Shown here one piece after another: positions 25,954-35,500 of a stretch of 42,166 nucleotides of DNA. The notes under the pieces are model-generated. The model was not told the origin of the DNA. It did no database searches and saw only the letters and a list, made by a program, of their open reading frames with translations. The position numbers were made by a program, and so were the translations under genes. The stretch comes from a virus (taxonomy: Duplodnaviria; Caudoviricetes): IMG/VR virus record IMGVR_UViG_3300031912_000029, positions 1 to 42,166 of that record; one strand, given 5' to 3'. Position 1 is the stretch's first letter, and every line of letters starts with the position of its first letter.

Positions 25954-27585
25954 ATGAAAAGGTTAATTTGGGCACCGCTCCTAGCAGGTGCCCTGTTAGC
26001 GTTGGCGCCCCTTAGCGCCAACGCTCAGATCTTCCAGGGTCAACGCGTTACGACCTGCGGGACTGGTGGCTCAGCCGTACCACCGGGTTCCCCGGCCCCA
26101 GTCACCATCGATCAGAACGGCTACACCTGCACCTCGGGCACAGGTGGTGGAGGAGGGGGCGGTGCGGTCACAGCCGCAGTCGGTAGCTTCGTAACTGGCT
26201 ACTCGCCTGACGTAGGTAGCTCGAGCACTACCGCCTGGACAGGCACAGGCACGCCTACGATGCTCGGTCTGCTCCAGGGTATCTACAATGGGGTCATCCT
26301 GGGCACAGGCTTGTTCGGCGCAGTTAGCCCCACGTCCGGCATCGCCATTGGCGCGAAGAACGGCACGAACCTCGTCCAGCTCAGCGCGGACGGCTCGAAC
26401 AACCTAAATGTTAACTGTACGGTCGGGTGCGGTGGAGCGGGCACAGTCAGCAACGCCGGGAGTGCGGTCGCCACGTCCAGCACCAACATTGGGGCCGTGA
26501 GTTGGAACTATGGCTTCAATGGAACGACTTGGGATCAACTCCAGGTTGATGGCTCTAAGAACCTGAAAGTCAACTGCACCATCGGCTGTGCAGGTGGCTC
26601 AACGAGCAATGCGACCTCCGGCGTAGCAACCAGCTCGACGAACGGCGCGACAGTCGCCTGGCTCTACGCATTCAACGGCACAACTTGGGACCAGCTGCAA
26701 GATGACGCCTCGAAGAACCTAAAGGTTGGCGGCATAGCTAGCAGCTTCGTGGATGGCTGGAGCGTCACGGCCGGGACCAAGGCTGATGCAGCCTACGCCG
26801 GATCTGGTGGAGCCTCCGAGATCGCAGCCCTTAAGGGCATCTACAATGCAGCCATCGCGCCGCTGGCTGCCGGCTCGGCCATTATCGGTAAGGTCGGAAT
26901 CGACCAGACTACTCCCGGCACTACGAATGGCACCTCGTTGGCGTTCATTGGTGGCAGCGCAGTGGCGTCCGGCTCGGGCGCAGCTGGTGCTGGCGCAGCG
27001 CGCGTCACAGTGGCTACAGACTCGGCCACGGTGGCAGGCTCGGCCAGCTTGCCTACCGGCTCTAACATTGTGGGCAAGGTAGGCATAGATCAAACCACAC
27101 CTGGGACTACGAATGCGGTCCAGATCACCGGCGCATTGCCGGCCCTCGCTACCGGCTCGAACGTCGTCGGTCAGGTCTCAATCAACCAGACCACTCCCGG
27201 CACCACCAATGCTGTGCAGTCGGTCCCTGGCACCACTGGGGGCCTGAGCTTCTTCTTCCTGCAGCCTATCGCCGGTAACAACTCAACCAACATCAAGGCT
27301 AGCGCAGGGCAGCTCTACCACGTCACAGCGACTAACAACTCTGCCACGATCAACTACTTGCGGTTCTACAATACGGCTGGCGCGCCAACCTGCACCAGCG
27401 CGACGGGCATAGTCTACCAGATTGCTATCCCGGCTTCTACCTCAGGTGCTGGGTTCGTGCAGGACATCAGTATGGGCCTGCCGTTCAGCACGGGCATAGG
27501 GATCTGCGTCACCTCGGGCTATACCACCACAGATAACACCAACGCCACAGCTAATGCCATCTCACTGACGGTGCTCTATAAATGA
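25954..27585 (+). CDS. signal-peptide fibre-like protein with internal repeats
   Basis: MKRLIWAPLLAGALLALAPLSANA|Q; repeats GIDQTTPGTTN and FNGTTWDQLQ. Confidence 0.8.
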   Translation: MKRLIWAPLLAGALLALAPLSANAQIFQGQRVTTCGTGGSAVPPGSPAPVTIDQNGYTCTSGTGGGGGGGAVTAAVGSFVTGYSPDVGSSSTTAWTGTGTPTMLGLLQGIYNGVILGTGLFGAVSPTSGIAIGAKNGTNLVQLSADGSNNLNVNCTVGCGGAGTVSNAGSAVATSSTNIGAVSWNYGFNGTTWDQLQVDGSKNLKVNCTIGCAGGSTSNATSGVATSSTNGATVAWLYAFNGTTWDQLQDDASKNLKVGGIASSFVDGWSVTAGTKADAAYAGSGGASEIAALKGIYNAAIAPLAAGSAIIGKVGIDQTTPGTTNGTSLAFIGGSAVASGSGAAGAGAARVTVATDSATVAGSASLPTGSNIVGKVGIDQTTPGTTNAVQITGALPALATGSNVVGQVSINQTTPGTTNAVQSVPGTTGGLSFFFLQPIAGNNSTNIKASAGQLYHVTATNNSATINYLRFYNTAGAPTCTSATGIVYQIAIPASTSGAGFVQDISMGLPFSTGIGICVTSGYTTTDNTNATANAISLTVLYK

Positions 27586-28925
27586 AGCTCCTACGCCTAA
27601 TCTTAGCTCTGGCACTTGCTAGCTCGCCCGCAGGGGCGGCCATTCATGGCAGTAGCGCCGTGCCGACGCTGATGGTAACGCCGATACTGTCGCAGAATGG
27701 TGGCTCTGGTACTCCGCCCAGCAACACTGTCGTAAACTATGGCTTCATTAACGGCAACGCCGCTGGAAGCAACTGGAATGCAGCTGAAACTGCAACACAG
27801 ATGCCGTTCCCAGTCTCTGGGACCCTCAGCAACCTGACTGTTAGGTTTCCCACCGCAGTCGCGGCCGGAACCGCCAGCACTTGTAACGGCGTGCTACAGG
27901 CCAGCCCATGCTATGGTATCCAGCTTCGCGTAGGGGGTGTAACCCAAACAATGGGCTGCGTTATCACCAGCGCTTCATTGACCTGCACAGATAACTCCAA
28001 CACCTATGCAGTCAGCCCTGGCCAGATTATAAACTACATCAGCACCCCGGCAGGCACACCAACGGCTCAGGTCGCCACCCTGCCGGTCCAAGTGTCTATG
28101 GTGTTCACCTCCTCGGTAGGGAATGAGAGCCCCTTACTTAGCTCCTGGCTCGGTGGTAACCTGCCTGCCACTGGTATCCAGTATGTAGCGATGGTGGGAG
28201 GATCGACAACCGGGCAAACAACCGAGTCCATTGCTTCCTCTGTCATGCCTGCAGCTGGCACCGTCGATCACCTCTACGTCCAGTCCAGTACTGGCGGCCC
28301 CGGCGCAGGTGCTAGCTGGACCTTCACGATCTACCAGAACGGCAATCCAACAGCTGAGGGCTGTACACTGTCTGGCAGTCAAGTCCAGTGCAACGATCCT
28401 ACCAACTCGATCACAGTAGCGGCCGGCGATACGCTGTCTCTCCAGGTTTGCCCTTCGAACACGGCGACCTGTCCTGCTGGTAGTGCTCCAGGCGGACGCA
28501 GCAGCAGGCTGTCATCCCGATGGATACCCTCTACTCCAGGCCAGTCTATCGTGTCTGTTAATACCCAGACAACGATCAACGGTGCTGCTGGTGCTACCAG
28601 GTGGCAGCCAGTGGACGGCCCTGGCTCTACTACCTCAACCGAGGTTGACTATATCGTAGTTCCAGTTGGGCTAACCATCAGGAACTTATATGAGTCGCAA
28701 GCCGTCGCACCAGGAGGTTCTTCGACGCGCGCCTGGACCTTTCGGGATAATAATGTAAGCCACTCACCCGTCTGCACTGTCACCAGCTTAGTTACATCCT
28801 GTCAGGATCTAAGTGGCAGCTTCTCGACCTCGACGAACGATCTAATAGATTGGCAGTTCACTAACAGTGGCGCGCAAGCTGCTTCGACCTGGACTAAACT
28901 CAGCGCCGTGGTGACAGTCCCATGA
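27582..28925 (+). CDS. signal-peptide Cys-rich protein with three tandem beta domains
   Basis: MKLLRLILALALASSPAGA|A; repeated P..GT..L...C.....C.D unit. Confidence 0.8.
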   Translation: MKLLRLILALALASSPAGAAIHGSSAVPTLMVTPILSQNGGSGTPPSNTVVNYGFINGNAAGSNWNAAETATQMPFPVSGTLSNLTVRFPTAVAAGTASTCNGVLQASPCYGIQLRVGGVTQTMGCVITSASLTCTDNSNTYAVSPGQIINYISTPAGTPTAQVATLPVQVSMVFTSSVGNESPLLSSWLGGNLPATGIQYVAMVGGSTTGQTTESIASSVMPAAGTVDHLYVQSSTGGPGAGASWTFTIYQNGNPTAEGCTLSGSQVQCNDPTNSITVAAGDTLSLQVCPSNTATCPAGSAPGGRSSRLSSRWIPSTPGQSIVSVNTQTTINGAAGATRWQPVDGPGSTTSTEVDYIVVPVGLTIRNLYESQAVAPGGSSTRAWTFRDNNVSHSPVCTVTSLVTSCQDLSGSFSTSTNDLIDWQFTNSGAQAASTWTKLSAVVTVP

Positions 28926-31174
28926 AGCGCCACCTCCTAGCCCTAGCCCTGGCGCTGGCTCCTGCACCTGCAGGCGCGCAGCTCATGACGCTGGGCTATG
29001 GCGCCGGTGGGGCTGGTGCGGCCGGCCCTGTGACCACCTACGCAGTCGCACCCCTGCTGCTGGCGGGCTCGACCAACCTCAGCGCTAGCACAAATGCCTA
29101 TTTCCCCCTCCAGGGAGGCGGCTCGAGCGTCCTCAGCGTGGCGCTGCTCACGTTGGCGCAGGCCCAGACCCCTATGCCCACGTATGGAGTGATCAGCAAC
29201 TTGAGGGCCCAGTTCAACACTGGCATTACCACTGGCACCTACACTGTCACACTGATGCAGAACGGCTCGACCACCGCGCTCAGCTGCGCAGCCTCGACGG
29301 GGGTGCAGTCATGTACGAGTGCGGCGCTCATCACAGTGAACCTGGGCGATGCGCTGGCCTGGCAGGTTGCGCCGAGCGGCACGCCTACCGCCCAGCCTTC
29401 AGCCTTCCAGATCAGCGCGACCTTCGCCTCGGGTGTGGGGAACGAGGCCCCGATCCTGGCGGGCGGCACCGGGACTGCGAGCCCGGGCGGCTTCGCACAG
29501 TACATCCCCTTCCAGAACTCCTTCAATCCGAACCTGACGGAGAGTGCCAGCTCGACACTCATTCCGTTCCCAGGCACCATTGACCATCTGTACTACACGA
29601 TGGACGCCGCCTCGACAGGCGGGGGCCAGTATCAAATCCGCATCTTTAAGAATGGGGCGACTACCACGTTGACCTGCACCACGGCGATCAATGGCCAGAG
29701 CTGTCAGGATCTGGTGGACAGCTTCACGGTGGTGGCGGGCGATACCATCAGTGTGCAGATCTGCCCCTCGAACTCGAGCACGTGCCCTGCTGGGACGCAG
29801 CCCTCGGGTCAATGGCCTCAGGTGGGCGTCCGGTGGCAGGCTGGCGGCACCAACAATGGTACTGCGAACTCTTACCCCCTGATGAGCATCTCGGCGGTGC
29901 AGCCGACCAGCGCGGCGACGCTCTACGGCCCTGTGGTGGGCAGCTTCAGCAATGTCAGCACTGAGACCGACCTTAACACTGTCCCGCTGAACTACTTCGT
30001 ACTGAGCCAACTCACGGCCTCGATTAGCCCCTCGCCGAGCACGAGCAAGACCTTCACGCTGCACCAGAACGCGGCGGTTCCCGTTGGCAGCAACATAAAC
30101 TGCACTATCACCAACCCCGCCACAACCTGCACCTCGTCGTTCCTCTTCGACAAAGGTAAGTTGTTCAGTCTGGCCGATTCCACAGATATACAGGTGACCG
30201 GGACAGACACTTCAGTCACATGGATGAAGTACTCTGTCGTGGCGAACGCCTCTAGCTATGTGGGGCCGGCCGATGTGAGTGCGAGCTTCTTCGCAGGCGG
30301 CGACCTCTACTATGGGACTAGGGCCTTCAGCGCGGGCTGTGCCACGCAGGGCTGTAATATAATGAACCTGACGCGCGCGAGCGATAGCCACAACTGCGAT
30401 GTATACCCGACTAGCAGTGGGGACATGGGAAATGTCGTAGGCTGTAGCACGCCCGCAGATAATGGCACCGCGGTAGCGACCTGGTGCAACGCGACGACCT
30501 GTAATGTGGTGGAGTGGTACACCCAGCAAACCTATACGGAATGCACCGGCTCGACGCAGTGTCATATCTCCCAGGCCACGGCCGCAAAGCAGCCGGTCTT
30601 GACGTTCAACTGCATCGGTGGGAAGCCGTGCGTCACCTTCACAGGTAGCAGCAGCCAGTTCCTGCAGAGCGGCACCACGAGCGCCATGTCCACCAGCGGC
30701 ACGCAGTTCTTCGCCGCAATAGCTGATCGTACGGCCAACTTCTCAACTGGCGCGAGCATCAGCGGACAGGGCACTGGCGCGTCTCCGTGCTGTGCTAATG
30801 GGTATGGCGCTACGACCAACCAGGCGGTGCTGAACAACGGCACCAGTAACGCCTTCCAGACTGCCTCAGACAGCGTGATGCACTCCCTCTTCTTCCTGAT
30901 GGGCTACTCGGCCGTTACGACCAAGGTCGTCGGAGATGGGCTCGTCTCTGTGGACAATGTGCTGGGTGCGTTGCAGTCGAGCAATGGGACGAGGGTGCCA
31001 AGCACGAGTGGCACTGTGACGCTCGGCGCGAGTAACGCGACTACCCAGGCCAACTTCCTAACCGGGAACATCGCGGAGTGGTTCAACTGGGGTAATGCCA
31101 CCCTGACCACCGCGGCCCTGACGGCGTTGTGCCACAACCAGTACACCTACTACGGGATGGCAACCTCATGCTAG
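28922..31174 (+). CDS. signal-peptide protein, paralog of 27582 plus C-terminal ConA/arabinofuranosidase-B-like domain
   Basis: MKRHLLALALALAPAPAGA|Q; YGTRAFS...LTRASD...V.EWY.Q...QATAAKQP...GNIAE. Confidence 0.78.
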   Translation: MKRHLLALALALAPAPAGAQLMTLGYGAGGAGAAGPVTTYAVAPLLLAGSTNLSASTNAYFPLQGGGSSVLSVALLTLAQAQTPMPTYGVISNLRAQFNTGITTGTYTVTLMQNGSTTALSCAASTGVQSCTSAALITVNLGDALAWQVAPSGTPTAQPSAFQISATFASGVGNEAPILAGGTGTASPGGFAQYIPFQNSFNPNLTESASSTLIPFPGTIDHLYYTMDAASTGGGQYQIRIFKNGATTTLTCTTAINGQSCQDLVDSFTVVAGDTISVQICPSNSSTCPAGTQPSGQWPQVGVRWQAGGTNNGTANSYPLMSISAVQPTSAATLYGPVVGSFSNVSTETDLNTVPLNYFVLSQLTASISPSPSTSKTFTLHQNAAVPVGSNINCTITNPATTCTSSFLFDKGKLFSLADSTDIQVTGTDTSVTWMKYSVVANASSYVGPADVSASFFAGGDLYYGTRAFSAGCATQGCNIMNLTRASDSHNCDVYPTSSGDMGNVVGCSTPADNGTAVATWCNATTCNVVEWYTQQTYTECTGSTQCHISQATAAKQPVLTFNCIGGKPCVTFTGSSSQFLQSGTTSAMSTSGTQFFAAIADRTANFSTGASISGQGTGASPCCANGYGATTNQAVLNNGTSNAFQTASDSVMHSLFFLMGYSAVTTKVVGDGLVSVDNVLGALQSSNGTRVPSTSGTVTLGASNATTQANFLTGNIAEWFNWGNATLTTAALTALCHNQYTYYGMATSC

Positions 31175-31287
31175 TGCGTATCATCATAGGTCTGGCGCTC
31201 ATAACCGCCCTGGCGGCTTGGCACCACGGCTTTACTGGCAGCGGTGGTGGAGGAGGGGGTAGCAACCCCCTGGTCATTATCTTTTAG
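31168..31287 (+). CDS. 39 aa membrane/signal-like peptide
   Basis: MLVRIIIGLALITALAAWHHGFTGSGGGGGGSNPLVIIF fills the gap exactly. Confidence 0.5.
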   Translation: MLVRIIIGLALITALAAWHHGFTGSGGGGGGSNPLVIIF

Positions 31288-31297
31288 GAGCGAGGTC

Positions 31298-32596
31298 ATG
31301 CGACACCTCAGATGGCTTGCAGTGGGGCTGAGCCTCATGGCCTCCCCGGCCCTAGCGGGCAGTCAGACTAGCATCGGCTACACCCCAGGCTCGGGCGTGA
31401 ACGTCAGTGGCTTTACGTGCTTTAGTACGCTCTTTTGCGCGGGCCATGTGCTGATCGACAACACCGGGGCTGAGAAGGGCACCAGCGGTAACCCTGTGTT
31501 TGTGCAGCCGAATGGCTCAGGCACTCAGCCCATTAGCGGCTCGATTAACCCCTCGGGCGGCCCTGTGCTGGCCACAGCCACCACGGCCGACCCCTCCTAC
31601 TCGAATGGTACCAGCAACGCACTGTCCACCAACCTGGCTGGCTACATGCGGATCATCGCCCCGGCGAGCCAACTCTTAGCGTATGGGAGCTCGACGGTTG
31701 GCACTGACCCTGGGCAGGGCATTGTGGCGCTGTGCCAGAACGGCGCGAGTCCGGCAGTTAGCGCCACGCAGACGGTCGCGCTGCAATGCAATGGAACGGG
31801 GCAGCTGGTGACCACCTCGGGCAACATCGCACAGGGGGCGGCAACCAGTGGTCAGACTGGTATTTTGAGCCAGGTCGCAGTGGTGAGTGGTGCTCAGACC
31901 TACACGGCTGGCAACACTAACCCACTGACTCAGACCACGCAGGGCTACCTGAATGTTAACGTGGCGGCGGGCTCGGCAGCGAACGCTGCAGCTAGCGCAA
32001 CGGGCTCAGCCGTTCCGGCCCAGGCCGGCTATACTGGCGTTAAGATTGGCGCGAACCTGGCTGGTCTGACGGGGACGGTAGTGGGAAGCTCACAGGCGGC
32101 AGACATCAATATCGTTGGGATTAATGGCGCAGCTGCACCTACGGGTACTGGTACTTCGGCGGGGGCGCAGCGCGTCGTACTTAGCTCCGACTCGACAGGC
32201 CCTGTGGCTATCAGCCAGACCACTCCTGGCTCGACCAACGGTGTTAGCCCAGTCCTGTCCGGTACAGGCGGCTGGACTCCGGTCAACCTCGTAGGACTGA
32301 CCAATACGGCAGTTAGCATCAAGGCCAGCGCGGGTCAGTTGGGCATGCTCTACTGCTATAATCCCAACTCCTCGAACGAGGTATATGTGCAGGTGTTCAA
32401 TCAGTCGGGCGGCATCACGGTGGGCAGCACCACGCCGGCCATGTCTGTGGGTATACCTCCGGTGCAGAATGGCGGCTTTCCGATGAACTTCCCTGGCATC
32501 CAGTTCACAACCGCTATGAGTGTTGCTGCCACATCCACACCGACTGGTGGCACGGCTCCAGGTACGCCGATCAACTGCACAGGTGCCTATAACTGA
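31298..32596 (+). CDS. signal-peptide fibre-like protein, paralog of 25954
   Basis: MRHLRWLAVGLSLMASPALA|G; shared QTTPG.TN...IKASAGQL C-terminal domain. Confidence 0.8.
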   Translation: MRHLRWLAVGLSLMASPALAGSQTSIGYTPGSGVNVSGFTCFSTLFCAGHVLIDNTGAEKGTSGNPVFVQPNGSGTQPISGSINPSGGPVLATATTADPSYSNGTSNALSTNLAGYMRIIAPASQLLAYGSSTVGTDPGQGIVALCQNGASPAVSATQTVALQCNGTGQLVTTSGNIAQGAATSGQTGILSQVAVVSGAQTYTAGNTNPLTQTTQGYLNVNVAAGSAANAAASATGSAVPAQAGYTGVKIGANLAGLTGTVVGSSQAADINIVGINGAAAPTGTGTSAGAQRVVLSSDSTGPVAISQTTPGSTNGVSPVLSGTGGWTPVNLVGLTNTAVSIKASAGQLGMLYCYNPNSSNEVYVQVFNQSGGITVGSTTPAMSVGIPPVQNGGFPMNFPGIQFTTAMSVAATSTPTGGTAPGTPINCTGAYN

Positions 32597-35500
32597 TGCG
32601 CCGCAACGTACTCATAGCTGGTCTGCTAGCCGTAGCGCTAGCGAGTTCAGCCCTTGGGGCTGAGCTCAAGGTGTTTGGCGGGAAGAAGCCAGCCGCAGCA
32701 CCACCGCCTCCCAACTCAAAGACAGTCTTTATCACCGCGACGGGTAACTGGACTGTCCCTAGCGACTTCACCTCGACTAACACGGTTTGGGCCTGGGGTG
32801 GTGGCGCAGGTGGAGGGGGCGGCAACACCGGCAGCTGTGGGGCAGGTGGTGCTGGTGCAGAAGCCACAATCGCCAACATCACACTGACGCCTGGAGCGCT
32901 GGTCCCAGTCACCATCGGCGCGGGTGGGGCTGGCGGCGCTAATACGGCCAATAGCTGCGGCGTAGCTGGTGGTGACACTAACTTCAACTCGGGCCAGGTG
33001 ATTGCGAAGGGCGGCTCGGTTGGTGGCTTCACCAGTGGCGGGCCGGGGGCAACTGGCGGCGCAGGTGGTCAGGCTAGCGCCTCGACCCCTAGCGCGACAG
33101 CTCATAGTGGTGGGGCGGGTGGTAGCACGCCGACCAGCGCCGCTGGTGGTGCGGGTGGAGGCGGTGCTGGTGGTCCGCATGGGAATGGCGCGCAAGGCTC
33201 CAACCTACCTAACGTCACCTCGAGTGTGGGTGGCAGTGGCGGTGGTGGTGCTGACGGTGGTGGCACGAGCCCTGCAGTTAGTGGCACTAATGGTACTGCT
33301 GGCGGGTTAGCGCAGGATGGAACGGCCGGCGGCACAGCTGGAGTGAATGGCGGCCCCGGCTCACATGGCTCGGGCGGTGGCGCGAGTAATGGTGCGGCTA
33401 GCCCTGCGAACACTGGGAATGGAGGCAATGGTGGTGCTGGCGTAGGCTTCACTCAGACTAGTGATAGCTCTGTGGCTGGACCAGGTGGTGGGGGTGGCGG
33501 CGCTGGTGCAGTTACGGGCACGGGTGGTGGGACTGCGGGCAACGGTGGCAATGGTGGGCTGTTCGGCGGCGGTGGAGCTATTGGTGGGGCGGGGCCAGCA
33601 CCAGGAGCTGGCGGGTCCGGCGCAGCCGGTGGGATCGTCGTTACCTATACCACTGGGACGATTGCCGCGCCTCAGATCTCAGGGCCGACCGGCACAGTCA
33701 CTACGTCTGCTACCACGGTCACGGGGACTGGGAACAACGTAGGCGACACGATCACAGTCTACATTGATGGAGGACCTCCCACCCCGCCGGATGGCACTAC
33801 GACTGTAGTCACGGGCAATACGTGGAGCTTTAACACTGTAGCGCTGGGCAATGGCGCGCACAACGCAGTGGCGACGGAGACTACGGCCCTAGGGACCTCG
33901 GGCGTAAGTAACCAGGTCAACTGGAATACCAGCGTGGCCGCGCCTCCAGGCAATACGCTGAACCCGAACAATACTGCAAGCTCGGTTGGTCTGGATAGCA
34001 CGCGGCTGATTGCTACTGTCGGAGCCACTACCCCGCTGGCCCAGACGATGGGCGCGGTTGGCTACACCTCGGGTAGGTATCACTACGAGGCGCAGTTGGG
34101 TACGCCTGGGAACTTCCAGAGCGTTGTGGGGGTGGGCAACACCGCGCACGGGCTGACGACTGGGGTGGGCTCGGATGTCAATAGCATTGGCTACTATGGC
34201 AGTAATGGCTCGGGTCAGGGCCAGATCCTATACAACAATGTGGCCCAGATCAGCAATACGGCGCTCAATGCTAACGCTGGGGACCTGTGGGCCGTCGAGG
34301 TAGACCTGACGAACGGCCTATTCTGGGCGCAGGATGTGACCACTGGCAGCAAGTGGAATGGCAGTGCGAGCGCCAACCCTGGCACGGGCGTTGGAGGTGT
34401 GAGCTTCGCCACCTCCACGGCGGGCTGCACTGCCCCGTGCAGCTGGTTCGTAGATGCGCAGTTGGTGGGGATTGTGGGCCGGACTGTGACTGTGAACTTT
34501 GGCGCGAGCACGTTCACGGCGCAATGCTCAACGGGCTTCATCCCCTGGAATGGGACTACGGCCTGTCCCGCTGCACCGCCGCCGAACCAGTCCGGACCGG
34601 GAACCGTAACGGCAGTCAGCTTACTGCCCTCGAACGTGCCAGTCGCCTCAAGCAGCAATACCTGGCATACGACCGCGCGGCCTTGGACTGCAGCGGCAGT
34701 GGCTAACTCTACCTACCTCACGCGCCTTAACAATCTGGTGACTTGGTATGCCTCGAGAGCCAATAGCGGCACGGGATGCATAGGCAGCTCGGGGTTAGAT
34801 CCTTATACCGGCACTAGCAATGCTGGGACGGCATTCAACGGCAGCTTGGAGCTGTCCTTTGGCGCGCAGTTCAAGGGTAACAACCTGACCTATGCCACTA
34901 ATGGCCTCGCCACTGCAGTGATGAACTGCTCGACTGCGTCTTACCACGCTCACACCAGCGCGCAAGACTTCAACATCGGGCCGCTCAACTTGGCTTGGCA
35001 GCTCTACAATACGTATGGTGGCGCGAGTTTTAGCGCGAGTCAGAAGTCAACGTGGCTCGATACCAACCACCTGAACGCTTGGTATGGAGTAGGTAATAAT
35101 ACTAATAACTGGGGCATGTACGATATGTGGGGCGCATGGCTCGCCATCCAGAACGGGCTGAGCACCTTCACAGGTGGTAGTGTGGGCGGCACCGCAGGCA
35201 TTGATTGCATGTGGACGGGTGCAACCTGCAGCTTTAACACTTTCACTATGCACCAGGCCAACCAGTTCAACAATCCTCCCTTCGACCTGTACATGGACCA
35301 GAATGGAGTCACGCCAGATGGGCTGTGGGTTGAGCGTCAAGCTACTACTCTCAATGCCATGATTAGCGAGGGCTACAATGGGGCGCAAGCTGGTGCCATT
35401 CGGACTGCCACCTCGACGGCTGCGCTTAGCGGGATGTATATGCAGGCGCAAGATGGGGAGTCGGCGTCTGGAGGACGCCAGGACCACCACAACTGGGTTG

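Noticed and set aside
27582-30250. Diversity-generating retroelement TR/VR pair
   Set aside because: Similarity between the paralogs is at protein level and diverged, not adenine-specific; no reverse transcriptase in the window.
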